Shown: positions 28,253-38,658, counted from the first letter of the stretch. The stretch: 64,000 nucleotides of DNA from a virus (IMGVR_UViG_3300003690_003063:32001-96000), one strand, 5' to 3'. Notes: generated by a model not told the origin, from the sequence alone. Program-made: numbers and translations.

Positions 28253-28369
28253 AAATCCCCTGGTTGCGTGCTATTTAGTACGATATTCTTTATCTAGTAC
28301 TGGGGTGTTTACAAATGAGCCAACAATTAGGTTATATCTACACTAGTTTAATTAGGAGAGATTCCTAAA

Positions 28370-29527
28370 ATGGCTGATCCCACAAATAAATGGTCACAAC
28401 CGGCCGCCCCTCCGGCTCCAATGTTTTTTGGAGCCAAGGAGCGCGAACTTGTAAAGCAAGTTAATGATGAATTGGCTGAACGCGTTATAGGGCAGGCGAT
28501 CGCCTACTATCCTATAAGCGTTGAGGAATCAAATTTTAATGATATTTACGGTGAAGCGCTGGAAAAGGTGTCCCTACCGCCGATCCGTGTATATGCCTAT
28601 GTGGTGGTCGAAAACGAGCAAGCTAATGAAAAATATGGCTACGATTACACTACTAAATTAACTGTTAATTTTCATCGCAAGCGATTAACGGGAGATCAAG
28701 ATCTATTTGTTCGAGTTGGAGATTTTGTACAATATGGCGATTTCTTTTATGAGATAGTTCGTACCTATAATGATACACGTTACTATTTCGGCCAGGTAGA
28801 ACATAAATTTCAAATTAGCGCCGAGTGCGTCCGCGCGCGAGAGGGCGTTTTTCGCGTGGAACCATCTCTTACGCGTCCCGTTCCCACGTCTGCGTCAGCT
28901 ACTCAATCTACGACCCCCGCACCCCGTGCCGCCCCTTATCCGCCCCTCCAGGCTTCATATGTTACTATCCTGGCCGACACAAAATTGCCAAACGAGCGCG
29001 TTCTGACGGCGGGTCTCGGTATTTCTATTACTGATGGAGGCCCAAATGGGTCTGTTACTGTTGCTACTAGTGTCACATCTTCAACTAGTGATATTAACTA
29101 TCCTATTGTATTCACCGAAGGTTTTCAAACCGATGGGACACTAGGATTAGGCGGGAACACAGCGCTAGTTTATAATCCAAATGATGCGATATTGTCCAGT
29201 TCTGCCGGCGCGCAATTTGTGGGGGCCACTATTCTTGGAAACACCTTAAGTGTTAGTGGTAACGTGAGTATTGGTACCTCAGCGCCTACGGCCCCGTTGA
29301 CTGTTCAGGGCAACGTTGATATTACGGGAAGTATTTTACCCGGCGCGGACGATACATATGATCTTGGGGCGGCCGCTTACCGGTGGGACAATCTTTATGT
29401 AACTGACTTACATTTGGCAAATGAGCGCGGAGATTGGACCATGATTGAGGAACATAATTATTTAACTATCAGGAACAATAAGAGCGGAAAGCGGTTTAAG
29501 CTCCTGATGGAGGAAATTGAAGACTAA
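28370..29527 (+). CDS. Neck/head-closure protein (gp14-like N-terminus) fused to a fibre-like C-terminal extension
   Basis: N-terminal IYGEA...VRVGDFVQYGDFFYEI beta domain; C-terminal DLHLANERGDWTMIEE...IRNNKSGKRFK fibre-tip domain. Confidence 0.65.
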   Translation: MADPTNKWSQPAAPPAPMFFGAKERELVKQVNDELAERVIGQAIAYYPISVEESNFNDIYGEALEKVSLPPIRVYAYVVVENEQANEKYGYDYTTKLTVNFHRKRLTGDQDLFVRVGDFVQYGDFFYEIVRTYNDTRYYFGQVEHKFQISAECVRAREGVFRVEPSLTRPVPTSASATQSTTPAPRAAPYPPLQASYVTILADTKLPNERVLTAGLGISITDGGPNGSVTVATSVTSSTSDINYPIVFTEGFQTDGTLGLGGNTALVYNPNDAILSSSAGAQFVGATILGNTLSVSGNVSIGTSAPTAPLTVQGNVDITGSILPGADDTYDLGAAAYRWDNLYVTDLHLANERGDWTMIEEHNYLTIRNNKSGKRFKLLMEEIED

Positions 29528-30813
29528 TGCCTATTATTATTAGTGGTTCTGATGGTCTCACAATTATTAGTGGCTCCAATATTGTAGTAAGTGGTTCCGG
29601 TGGCGTAACAACTCTTAGTGGCTCGGGGGTGATCACCAGTGGTTCAGGCGGTACCATACTAACTGTAACTGGTTCGAATCTTGATCCGACTTCGGGTAGT
29701 GTCGGTATTAATACTAGTGCATCGGTCACAACAACGTTGGATATAATCACGCCGCACACGGGGGGAATTAGAATACTCACGGGGAGTTCCGCTGGTGTGG
29801 CAGGCATGGGCCTTATCATTGGCGCCGCCGCGGCAAGGGCCGTTGACCCGGGCTATCATGGAATAAAGACAACTGCTCATGGCGCAAATGATTTTATGCT
29901 CCTCTCGAACGGTTCTGATACGCTTCTTTCCGCCAAAGATGCCAGCTCGGTCTACATCGTTGGAGGCGGCTACAATACCAACAACATGATCACGGTGTAT
30001 GATCCTGATGTTACGTCGCGGATAGATTTCACCCTAGCGGCGGGCACCGGTACGGCGGCGTTTAACGGCCATGTCAGCGGAAATGCGACGCTTCAAGCAG
30101 TGGGTGCCACCACACTTGGAAGCACCCTGGCAGTTTCCGGCTCTACAACATTAGCTGGAGCGCTTTCCTCCTCGGCCGCCGCTGTCTTCGTTCAGTCAAT
30201 ATCCTCTTCAGGTGATTTGGCCGTAACGGGTAATGTGCATGGAACCATATTCTATGGGTCCGCCGCGGGCCTAACGGGCATCAGCTCTGATGCGGTCGAT
30301 GTTACAAGTTCTACGGCCAATATTAATTATCCTATCGTTTTCACAGAAGGGTTTCAAGCTGATGGCACTTTGGGGTTAGGCGGCAACAGTAGTTTAACGT
30401 ACAATCCTTCAGCTCCCACTCCTATGCTTTCTAGTTCTGTGGGACTCCAGTTTGTGGGCGCCGCTATCCTGGGAAACACTCTAAAAGTTTCTGGAAGCAC
30501 GACTTTTGCGGCCGGTATTACCCATAACAGAACCGCCATTACAGCAACGACCTATACGATTCTTGTAACAGACTATTATATAGGAGTGGATACTAGTTCT
30601 AACGCTGTCACTTTAACATTGCCAGTCGCTGCCACAGCCGGCGATGGTAAAACCTATATTATTAAAGATGAAGGTGCAAATGCAAGTTCTAACAATATAA
30701 CAGTTCAGGGGGATGGTTCAGAAACAATCGATGGGGACGCTTCACAGGTAATGACCTCCCCTTACGGATCTATCGGGGTCTATAGTGATGGCTCGAATTG
30801 GTTTGTATATTAG
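29527..30813 (+). CDS. Fibre/whisker-like virion protein
   Basis: SGS repeats; C-terminal DYYIGVDT...TLTLP...GKTYIIKDE...ETIDG...SDGSNWF domain. Confidence 0.7.
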   Translation: MPIIISGSDGLTIISGSNIVVSGSGGVTTLSGSGVITSGSGGTILTVTGSNLDPTSGSVGINTSASVTTTLDIITPHTGGIRILTGSSAGVAGMGLIIGAAAARAVDPGYHGIKTTAHGANDFMLLSNGSDTLLSAKDASSVYIVGGGYNTNNMITVYDPDVTSRIDFTLAAGTGTAAFNGHVSGNATLQAVGATTLGSTLAVSGSTTLAGALSSSAAAVFVQSISSSGDLAVTGNVHGTIFYGSAAGLTGISSDAVDVTSSTANINYPIVFTEGFQADGTLGLGGNSSLTYNPSAPTPMLSSSVGLQFVGAAILGNTLKVSGSTTFAAGITHNRTAITATTYTILVTDYYIGVDTSSNAVTLTLPVAATAGDGKTYIIKDEGANASSNNITVQGDGSETIDGDASQVMTSPYGSIGVYSDGSNWFVY

Positions 30814-30972
30814 TTAAATTAAATACGTCTTTTTTTACTTATACGTCCTATATGTAATAGAGACGGAAGTGGGTATTAATATATATTTTGCTCCTTCAGA
30901 TTGTGTATAATCATTTAATTTGTGTTTATTGAGTTTTTCACCCGTTTTGCCATAATATAGGAGGATTTTAAA

Positions 30973-32223
30973 ATGGCATATAATATTTTTTCGGGATTGG
31001 TCCAGGTCAGTGGAGCGGTGTCGTCTTCAGCGGGAGACACAGCATGGGTCTTGGCTTCATCCCTCAGTTCATCCGGTGATCTTGCGATCAGCGGTGCATT
31101 TCACGGTGATGGGCAGTATCTGGCTAACATCGCATCTATAGGTTCTACGAGTGATACTCAGGTTCTGTTTAACAGTAGTGATTCCGTTGCCGGCAGCGCC
31201 AATTTCATTTTCACCGATACGATGGTCAAACTCAATACCGGAGTTGGTCTAAATGTAGGCGGGAAGACCTGGCTCACCGGTGCTTTGGACGTTGATGGTG
31301 CAACTACCCTCAATGGTGCTGTAACTCTTGGTGACGCTCAGACTGATATTACAACGGTGACCGGTCGACTGACGGCATCCGCTGGTCTTGAGATTGGTTC
31401 AGGCGGCACTCTGGAATTTGCCGGGAGTGCGGTCATTGATGCAACCAACGGATCTTCTCAAGGCAATTATGTGTCCATGAAGGATGACTTGGCCGCGGCC
31501 TGGGGTTTTTACGAAAGTAGCAATTCTTACCTCGAATTTGTGACCACCGACGACAAGGAGAAGATTTCTGCTCAGAAACGCCTCGAAGTAACTGGAGCTT
31601 TCAATGTTTCTGGGATTGTCACTTTAGATGCTGCTGTAACTCTTGGTAATGGCACCGGCGACGATATTACCATTACTGGTCGTATTGCGGCCGATGTTGA
31701 TCCAAAGACAACCAACACTTATGACCTTGGAGCGTCCGGATTGGTGTATAAAGACATCTGGGTTACCGCAGTCAGTGCAAGTTCACTGAATGCAACAGGG
31801 CCTCTTGACGTTGATGGTGATACTACCCTCAATGGTGATGTAACTCTTGGTGACGCTTCTGGCGACGATGTTAAGGTTTCGGGACACTTGGAAATAAATG
31901 CGGGTCAGTCGTGGACTGTTAGCTCGTCTGGACCGGACTATACCTTAACTGAGGCTATGTGTGTCCTGCTAGATGTGTCTAGTAGTAACTCTACCATTAC
32001 GCTGCCTGCAGCGGAACCCGCTAGCGGGTCTGTGTGGGTTCTCAAGAATGCTAATTCGGATGATGACAAATGGATGTTGATTACAGGTAGTAACGGAACA
32101 TGGTCAGACACCTCTACGATCGAGGAGGGGTATACGTATTCCTTGTCTTCGTCGTACTCCGCGGTTACTTTAGTGTATGGTGGTGAGAATGGTACGGGCG
32201 GCGGCCAGTGGTACGTCTTCTAA
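30973..32223 (+). CDS. Fibre/whisker-like virion protein
   Basis: AGGAGG SD; repeated LDVDG.TTLNG.VTLGD; the same C-terminal TITLP...VLKN...WY domain. Confidence 0.7.
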   Translation: MAYNIFSGLVQVSGAVSSSAGDTAWVLASSLSSSGDLAISGAFHGDGQYLANIASIGSTSDTQVLFNSSDSVAGSANFIFTDTMVKLNTGVGLNVGGKTWLTGALDVDGATTLNGAVTLGDAQTDITTVTGRLTASAGLEIGSGGTLEFAGSAVIDATNGSSQGNYVSMKDDLAAAWGFYESSNSYLEFVTTDDKEKISAQKRLEVTGAFNVSGIVTLDAAVTLGNGTGDDITITGRIAADVDPKTTNTYDLGASGLVYKDIWVTAVSASSLNATGPLDVDGDTTLNGDVTLGDASGDDVKVSGHLEINAGQSWTVSSSGPDYTLTEAMCVLLDVSSSNSTITLPAAEPASGSVWVLKNANSDDDKWMLITGSNGTWSDTSTIEEGYTYSLSSSYSAVTLVYGGENGTGGGQWYVF

Positions 32224-32265
32224 GATAATTCTAACTTCTCTTCGGAGATAGTTATACAAATATTT

Positions 32266-32300
32266 AAGGGTGGGTATTCTTCGGGGTACCCACCCTTTTT
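32266..32300 (+). terminator. Rho-independent terminator
   Basis: aagggtgggtattc-TTCG-gggtacccaccctt followed by a T run. A second TTCG hairpin lies at about 32232-32254. Confidence 0.8.
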
Positions 32301-32326
32301 GTGTTCGAACGCCTATTTAGAATGAG

Positions 32327-33035
32327 ATGGCATATAAAGTTGCAAAAGGAATAGTTAATCGCGGCGACATCTATTATGAAGATGATGCCCAAAAGAACAC
32401 TTATATAGACTGGAATGAAGATGCTTTCGGTGTAGTTGCTGGAGGCACCACGAATTTTGTTGTTTCTGCATCAACGGTGGGCATCGGCACCGCTTCGCCT
32501 TCGAGGGCGTTACATATTTCGGGTAGCAACGCCACCGCGGGCATCATTATAGTATCAGATTCAGCAGCTATAGAGTTATATCCCGCTACCGGACCGGCGA
32601 TCAAGCTCGGCATTCCTGCTGACACGGACTCCTACCAGGTCTATGGGACCTTCTCGGGCAGACATCAGATTCAGCTCAACTCAAACCTCGATTTCCAGAT
32701 TTCTGGCGCCTTGGGGGGAGTCGGCTATTACTTTGATCAGTCGGAGGGCAATGTCGGCATCGGTAGTAGATTATACCGGAGATGGGGCTGCCACCTTTAC
32801 TCTTCCAAACGTCAGCGGAATCACGGGAAGAACATATCATATTATAAGCCACAACCAGCACGAGACCGCGGCCCTTACCATTACTGGATCAGGAGGGCAA
32901 TTCCAGGGCCCCAATCTAGACGACGATTCGGATTCGATTGATATAGACGGTTGGGTACCGCAGAGTATAACAGTAGTAAGCACCGGGGGAAACTGGTTTA
33001 TCCTTACTGATAACAGATCCCAGCATGAAGAATAA
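32327..33035 (+). pseudogene. Fibre-like gene broken by a frameshift or deletion near 32763 (or an assembly error)
   Basis: One frame reads fibre-like up to GNVGIG. A second frame resumes with VVDYTGDGAATFTLP...GRTYHII...GGNWFIL, the C-terminal domain shared with the two upstream paralogs. Confidence 0.65.
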
Positions 33036-33103
33036 AATTTACATAAATCAAAACCTTCTTATGGCAGAAAACATATCTATTAGTCATTTCCTTATGTTAG
33101 ATA

Positions 33104-33110
33104 CTATTTA
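33104..33110 (+). promoter_or_regulatory. Candidate late promoter CTATTTA upstream of the scaffold-capsid genes
   Basis: Exact motif in the intergenic region before the ATG at 33144. Confidence 0.55.
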
Positions 33111-33143
33111 TTGTGATTACATGTCGGAGTTGGAGTAATTTTT

Positions 33144-34283
33144 ATGTCTTCACTATTAGAAGAAGCGATTGTAGACGCAAAAGCCCTAAAGGATGCCGCT
33201 CTTAAAAATGCGGAGAATACCGTGTTAGAGAAGTATTCGGCAGAAGTCAAAGGCGCCCTTTCTACGTTGCTGGAACAGGATGAAGCTGGCTTAGGATTGG
33301 GAGGGGAAGACTTGGGCCTAGGCGCCCCGGCTGCCCCACTTGGGGGCGCTGATGAAGGCGGCGCCAGCGCCGACACATCCTTTACAGATGACCTTCCTTT
33401 CGCATTCCAGACTGAGGAGCTTGATGCGCCGCCGGACGATGAATTAATTGAAATTGATTTTAATCAATTAAAGGCAAGAATTGCCGAGGAAGAAGCAGGA
33501 GGAGAATCTTTAGAAACTGCGGACCTTACCGATAGTTTGGGATTCGCCGATACTTTAGCCGAAGACGGTCCTATCACTGATACTGAGTTAAAGGATGATT
33601 CTCGCGAGGATGCCGCAAGTCTCGCCGGCGGAGAAGACCGAGAAGAACTTGATGAAGATGAAGAGATCTCCCTTACCGAAGAAATGCTTTCGGATCTAAT
33701 AGAAGAATTAGTAGTAGACATGGTTCCACGCCCCCAAGGATGGTCGTCCGAAGGCTCCGCTTATAATAGTATAGAGCAAGCGAACAACGATGCCATGGCC
33801 GCGGCGAGTGACGCACACCTCGAAGAAGAAGAGGAAATTGAAAAAGTATCAACCGCACCTGATGTAGTATCAGATGCGGAATTATTCGAGAGTAAAATTT
33901 CGAAATTTACAAAATCTAATAAAGAGCTTCGTGCTCTTTTGAAGGAAGCCAAGGCTCAGCTTACAAAACTGAACTTGGATAACGCCAAACTTGTTTATCA
34001 AAACAAGGCACTAAACAGCGCCTCCTTGAATGAGCGACAAAAAGGTAAAATTGTCGAAGCTGTTCAATCTGCCAATTCTGTTGAAGAAGCACATATGATC
34101 TTTGAAACAATTCAAAGCGCAGTGGGGATTTCGAACTTTAATAGTTCGAGACCACAAACACTTCGTGAAGCAGTTCAGAGACCTACATCGCTTTTGATTA
34201 GTTCTAATAAGAAAAACAACGAGGCAACACACGACCCAAATATGGGTCGCATGCTGCGTTTAGCAGGTTTAACAAAACAATAA
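33144..34283 (+). CDS. Prohead scaffolding/core protein (gp22-like)
   Basis: Acidic, coiled-coil, many L-x-E sites, immediately upstream of the capsid gene; C-terminal RMLRLAGL. Confidence 0.8.
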   Translation: MSSLLEEAIVDAKALKDAALKNAENTVLEKYSAEVKGALSTLLEQDEAGLGLGGEDLGLGAPAAPLGGADEGGASADTSFTDDLPFAFQTEELDAPPDDELIEIDFNQLKARIAEEEAGGESLETADLTDSLGFADTLAEDGPITDTELKDDSREDAASLAGGEDREELDEDEEISLTEEMLSDLIEELVVDMVPRPQGWSSEGSAYNSIEQANNDAMAAASDAHLEEEEEIEKVSTAPDVVSDAELFESKISKFTKSNKELRALLKEAKAQLTKLNLDNAKLVYQNKALNSASLNERQKGKIVEAVQSANSVEEAHMIFETIQSAVGISNFNSSRPQTLREAVQRPTSLLISSNKKNNEATHDPNMGRMLRLAGLTKQ

Positions 34284-34305
34284 CATACTAGGAGGTTATA
34301 TAAAA

Positions 34306-36252
34306 ATGTCTATTGTACAAAAACTAACCGAAGGGATTATTAACCGAGACCTTGCTCAAGAAGGTGCTGCTCTCATTACTAAATGGGAGAATACAGGACT
34401 TCTCGAGGGAATCGGTGATGATGCCAAGCGGAATAGTATGGCTCGACTGCTTGAGAACCAAGCGAAAGAGCTACTTCGTGAGTCTTCGTCCATGTCGGGT
34501 GGAGACGTTGAGGGCTTTGCGGCTGTCGCATTTCCCCTCGTTCGCCGTGTATTCGGCTCTCTGATCGCTAACGATCTCGTCAGCGTTCAACCGATGAGTT
34601 TGCCCTCGGGCCTCATCTTCTTCCTTGACTTTACTGTATCCGGTGAGGTTGGGGATAACGGCACGACTAATGGTCGTCTTGGTTATCCCGCGAGTACTTC
34701 CCTTTATGGTGGTGGCGTGGTTGGTAGCGAGATCACTGGTGGTGTCAGTCTTGCTTCGGGTGGACTCCCGCAGCAGGGCCCCTATGCCCTGAACAACGCC
34801 TACTCGTCTCCGACAGGTTCGGCGGTGATTACAGCGTTGGGGACTGGTGGAGGCGCCGGCGCGAGACCCCGTGGTAGTGATATCTGGCGTCTGGTTGTAT
34901 CAGGTGTCGCGGGTGCCGACAACAACGCCACCGGTTCGCACGATACCGCTGTTAATTTGGGACAGTTGACACAGTTCGACCCGGATCTTTCCGGATCTGC
35001 GGTTATTGTGGTCGAGGCGTTGCTCAGTAACTTTGATACGGCAACGTCGCCTTTAAATCTAGACGATCTGGTAGCTATTCAGGTTTCCGCTTCTGCGGTA
35101 GCTGGCGATACAGCCGGTACCGGCTTCGGTCGGCTCGGTCTATCCGGCACCGTCGGAACCCCGATGACTGGAGTTCCTGTTGCTGGCAGCACCATTGGTG
35201 CCGTCCGCCTTGCTCGTCGCCTTACTCAGTTTAGTTCTGCGTCCAATGGTGGTATCGTCGGTGACCGTAGCTCTACCAGGCTTCTGTTTACTTTCTTTAG
35301 TAATATAAACAGTGCTGGTGGTACTGCGCTCGATGCTAGACTGCCATGCTCCGGCGCGTATGCGCGCCTGAGTGGTGGCGTTACTAACTGGTCTTGGCCA
35401 GAGAGGGACGTCTTTAGTGCTGCACAGGGTGGTAGTAGCAACGCACTTGGTGCGCTTGTTGGTAGTGCCAATTGGGGACTTGAGGGTAATCCGAACATCC
35501 CCGAGATCGATATCAAGGTCGACAGTGTGTCCGTTACGGCGGTCACCAAGAAGCTCAAGGCCAAGTGGACTCCGGAGTTAGGACAAGATCTTAACGCCTA
35601 CCACAACCTTGATGCTGAGGTCGAGCTGACTCAGATTTTGTCTGAGCAGATTGCTCTTGAAATCGATCGAGAGATCATTGAGGATCTCGTCCGTGGTTCT
35701 ACGGGCGCGACTCGATACTGGTCTCGTAGCCCCGGGCAGTTCGTTAATCGTCTGACCGGTCAGCCTGCTGACGGTGGTGCAAGTCCTCCGGACTTCACTG
35801 GTAACGTCAGCGAGTGGTATGAGACTCTCATTGAGACTATCAATGATGTCTCGGCACAGATCCACCGGAAGACTCTCCGTGGTGCTGCCAACTTCGTCGT
35901 CTGCGGACCCGAAGTTGCCAACATCCTTGAGTTCACCGCTGGCTTCCGTGCCAACGTGACTGCTGATAGTGACCGCGGCGACGCGGGTGCTGTCAAGGTT
36001 GGTTCGCTTTCGAAGAAGTTCGACGTTATTGTCGATCCTTACTTCCCACGTCAGTTGGTCCTTGTGGGCCGACGTGGTAGTAGCTTCCTTGAGAGTGGCT
36101 ATGTGTACGCACCTTATGTGCCGCTGCAGACTACGCCTACTATCTTCGGTGTTGAGGACTTCGTGCCCCGTAAGGGAGTCATGACCCGATATGCCAAGAA
36201 GATGGTGCGTCCTGATATGTATGGACTGGTTATCATTCGTGATATAGTTTAA
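34306..36252 (+). CDS. Major capsid protein (T4 gp23-like) with a large insertion domain
   Basis: LLENQ, PLVRRVF...DLVSVQPMSLPSGLIFFL, KLKAKWTPELGQDL.AYH.LDAE.EL, EIDREI, YAPYVPL, GVMTRY. Confidence 0.97.
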   Translation: MSIVQKLTEGIINRDLAQEGAALITKWENTGLLEGIGDDAKRNSMARLLENQAKELLRESSSMSGGDVEGFAAVAFPLVRRVFGSLIANDLVSVQPMSLPSGLIFFLDFTVSGEVGDNGTTNGRLGYPASTSLYGGGVVGSEITGGVSLASGGLPQQGPYALNNAYSSPTGSAVITALGTGGGAGARPRGSDIWRLVVSGVAGADNNATGSHDTAVNLGQLTQFDPDLSGSAVIVVEALLSNFDTATSPLNLDDLVAIQVSASAVAGDTAGTGFGRLGLSGTVGTPMTGVPVAGSTIGAVRLARRLTQFSSASNGGIVGDRSSTRLLFTFFSNINSAGGTALDARLPCSGAYARLSGGVTNWSWPERDVFSAAQGGSSNALGALVGSANWGLEGNPNIPEIDIKVDSVSVTAVTKKLKAKWTPELGQDLNAYHNLDAEVELTQILSEQIALEIDREIIEDLVRGSTGATRYWSRSPGQFVNRLTGQPADGGASPPDFTGNVSEWYETLIETINDVSAQIHRKTLRGAANFVVCGPEVANILEFTAGFRANVTADSDRGDAGAVKVGSLSKKFDVIVDPYFPRQLVLVGRRGSSFLESGYVYAPYVPLQTTPTIFGVEDFVPRKGVMTRYAKKMVRPDMYGLVIIRDIV

Positions 36253-36280
36253 TCATAACTGACGTAAGGTCAAAATAGTT

Positions 36281-36309
36281 AAAGCCCCGTCTCTTTGAGG
36301 CGGGGCTTT
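36281..36309 (+). terminator. Rho-independent terminator after the capsid gene
   Basis: aaagccccgtctc-ttt-gaggcggggcttt hairpin. Confidence 0.8.
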
Positions 36310-36316
36310 CTATTTA
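36310..36316 (+). promoter_or_regulatory. Candidate late promoter CTATTTA
   Basis: Directly follows the terminator and precedes the neck gene. Confidence 0.55.
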
Positions 36317-36343
36317 GTAATAGTTTAATAGGGGAACTTTTCA

Positions 36344-37636
36344 ATGGCTATTCCTAATCTAAATCCAGCATCGACTTTAAATGCTAATATTTTACCAGTG
36401 ACGGGATCGCCGGCAAATGTCGGTGCCACTCTTCCATTTGGCATGTATGCGAGCTCGACTGCCTTTTTGTCGGGCGCGTCAGATCAAGTAGCCTATACAT
36501 ATAAAAAGCTGGGGGGCGATGTCTTAGATATTGAACTGGCCGAGGGAAGCGTATATTCCGCTTACGAAGAGGCGGTACTTGAATATTCATATCTAGTCAA
36601 TTTGCATCAATCAAAGAATGTTTTGTCGGATTTGTTAGGAGGCGCGACAGGTTCTTTCGACCAAGATGGTCAAATGACAAGCGGCCCGGGCCCTTCCTCA
36701 ACAACCGATTCATTGTCGGGCTCAAATATATCGCTTCGCTATCCCCGATTTGATTACGGATTTATGCGAAGAGTTTCGGAAAGAAGTGTCACAGAGATAG
36801 GCCTGGGAGGAACAGTCCCCATTTATTCTGCCTCTTTTACTCGTATTGTGGGACAGCAAGACTATGACTTACAGACTGTTATTTCCGGGGCGTCCGCATT
36901 GAGTTCTTCGTTTCCATTTTTTGGCCAAGTAGAAGACAAAAGAGTCATTATTCAAAAAGTGTTTTTCAAGACACCGCGCGCGATGTGGAGATTTTACGGA
37001 TACTACGGGGGATTCTCTGTAGTGGGAAATATGCGCACCTATGGTCAGTATGCCGATGATTCTACCTTTGAGATTGTACCGACCTGGCAGAATAAACTGC
37101 AGGCCATGGCGTATGAGGATGCTTTATGGACTCGAATCTCTCACTATTCTTACGAAATAAAAAATAATAACCTACGCATTTTTCCACGTCCAGATAATAC
37201 GAGCCCTGAAAAGTTTTGGGTGCAGTTTATTATAGAAAATCAATATGCTCCCTGGGAAGAGGGGACGGGGCAGCCTAAAGCAGGTATCGAGGGCATTAAT
37301 AATATGAATACATTGCCTTTCGAGAACGTTCCTTACGAGCATATTAACTCGATTGGGAAGCAATGGATTCGGCGCTTTGCATTAGCTTTAACAAAAGAAA
37401 TATTGGGACAAGTACGGGGTAAATTTAGCACCGTACCAATTCCTGGTGAAAGCGTGACGTTGAATGCCGCCGCGCTGTTAGGCGAAGCCCGAATAGAACA
37501 AGATCTTTTACGGCAAGAGCTCAAGGAAACGCTGGACCAGCTGACTTACACCGAAATAGCCAGCAAAGACTCTACTCTTCAAGATTCTACCGCCAAGGTT
37601 CTTCAAAATGTTCCTACTGGCATCTATGTAGGATAG
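36344..37636 (+). CDS. Neck/head-tail adaptor protein (gp13-like)
   Basis: KLGGDVLDIEL, WIRRFALALTKEILGQVRGKF..VPIPG..VTLNA pattern; position after the capsid gene. Confidence 0.8.
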   Translation: MAIPNLNPASTLNANILPVTGSPANVGATLPFGMYASSTAFLSGASDQVAYTYKKLGGDVLDIELAEGSVYSAYEEAVLEYSYLVNLHQSKNVLSDLLGGATGSFDQDGQMTSGPGPSSTTDSLSGSNISLRYPRFDYGFMRRVSERSVTEIGLGGTVPIYSASFTRIVGQQDYDLQTVISGASALSSSFPFFGQVEDKRVIIQKVFFKTPRAMWRFYGYYGGFSVVGNMRTYGQYADDSTFEIVPTWQNKLQAMAYEDALWTRISHYSYEIKNNNLRIFPRPDNTSPEKFWVQFIIENQYAPWEEGTGQPKAGIEGINNMNTLPFENVPYEHINSIGKQWIRRFALALTKEILGQVRGKFSTVPIPGESVTLNAAALLGEARIEQDLLRQELKETLDQLTYTEIASKDSTLQDSTAKVLQNVPTGIYVG

Positions 37637-37648
37637 GGAGCGCAACCC

Positions 37649-38593
37649 GTGGCCAGAAGCAAAAGAACAGAAGAGCAGATCAAGGATAAGAAAGCCAATC
37701 AGTACGATTATATAGGCGACAAGAAAGTAGCTGACAAGTTACATGAAATTGAATTTGCACCTTCTACCTTGGAAACGGTCGATGGTGCGATGATGCGCTT
37801 TATTAATGAGGAATTAAACCTTTCTGTTACCACAAATCAGGGATTTAAGAAAGTTCCAGTTATTTGGGTGTCAGCAGAGAGAGCCTATCAAATTAAGCAT
37901 AACAAAGATTTGCGCGATAAAGAAGAAATGTTAGTATTGCCCTTGATTACGCTCAACAGGGCATCTGTTAATAAAGAACCCAACAAGAGAGGGTCGATTT
38001 ATGCCAATTTATATCCTGCACAAGATGCGAAAGGGGGTGTCATCACTGTTGCTCGCCGCATAAACCAGGGAAAGACAGCTGAATTTCAAAATGCTCTAAG
38101 TAAGAGAAAATTTGGTACCGACGATAGTGTCAAGTCGAAGTATTTAAATACTAATAAGAGGAATATGTCGACTCAACGTGTGGTTTATGAAACAATCACA
38201 ATTCCTATTCCTACTTGGATAACAATCAAGTACGAAGTTACTCTTCGAACCGAATATCAACAGCAAATTAATGAGTTAATCCAGCCATTTATTACGATAC
38301 CAGGTAATTCTAGAACTCCTAAGCGGATTCATTACGAAAATCATTTTTATGAAACGTTTATTGAGGGTTCTTTTACTGATGGATCGAACAAAGCAGCTTT
38401 GGGGATGGACCGTCGAAACTACGAGCAGACGGTCAATATTGAAGTTTTGGGTTATCTTATCGGAGAAGGGGAAAATCAAGAAAAGCCTAAAATTGTAAAG
38501 CGTGAAAACGCCGTCGAGTATAGATTTTCAAAGGAAAGAACCATCTTCGGCGATATCCCCGAGAACATTAAAGATGGATTTTATAGAGAATAA
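37649..38593 (+). CDS. Tail terminator/sheath stabiliser (gp15-like)
   Basis: VPVIW...LPLITL.R, P.W.TIKYEVTL.TEYQQQINEL pattern; position before the sheath gene. Confidence 0.7.
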   Translation: MARSKRTEEQIKDKKANQYDYIGDKKVADKLHEIEFAPSTLETVDGAMMRFINEELNLSVTTNQGFKKVPVIWVSAERAYQIKHNKDLRDKEEMLVLPLITLNRASVNKEPNKRGSIYANLYPAQDAKGGVITVARRINQGKTAEFQNALSKRKFGTDDSVKSKYLNTNKRNMSTQRVVYETITIPIPTWITIKYEVTLRTEYQQQINELIQPFITIPGNSRTPKRIHYENHFYETFIEGSFTDGSNKAALGMDRRNYEQTVNIEVLGYLIGEGENQEKPKIVKRENAVEYRFSKERTIFGDIPENIKDGFYRE

Positions 38594-38614
38594 TACTATT
38601 GGAAGTAATTCAGA

Positions 38615-38621
38615 CTATTTA
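38615..38621 (+). promoter_or_regulatory. Candidate late promoter CTATTTA upstream of the sheath gene
   Basis: Exact motif in the intergenic region. Confidence 0.55.
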
Positions 38622-38658
38622 CTCTGAAAACTTCTACTGTTTAGGGAGAACGTAGCGA

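Noticed and set aside
30814-30972. AT-rich intergenic stretch as a tRNA, ncRNA or origin
   Set aside because: No cloverleaf, T-loop motif or iterons were seen. No tRNA or rRNA gene was recognised anywhere in the window by eye.
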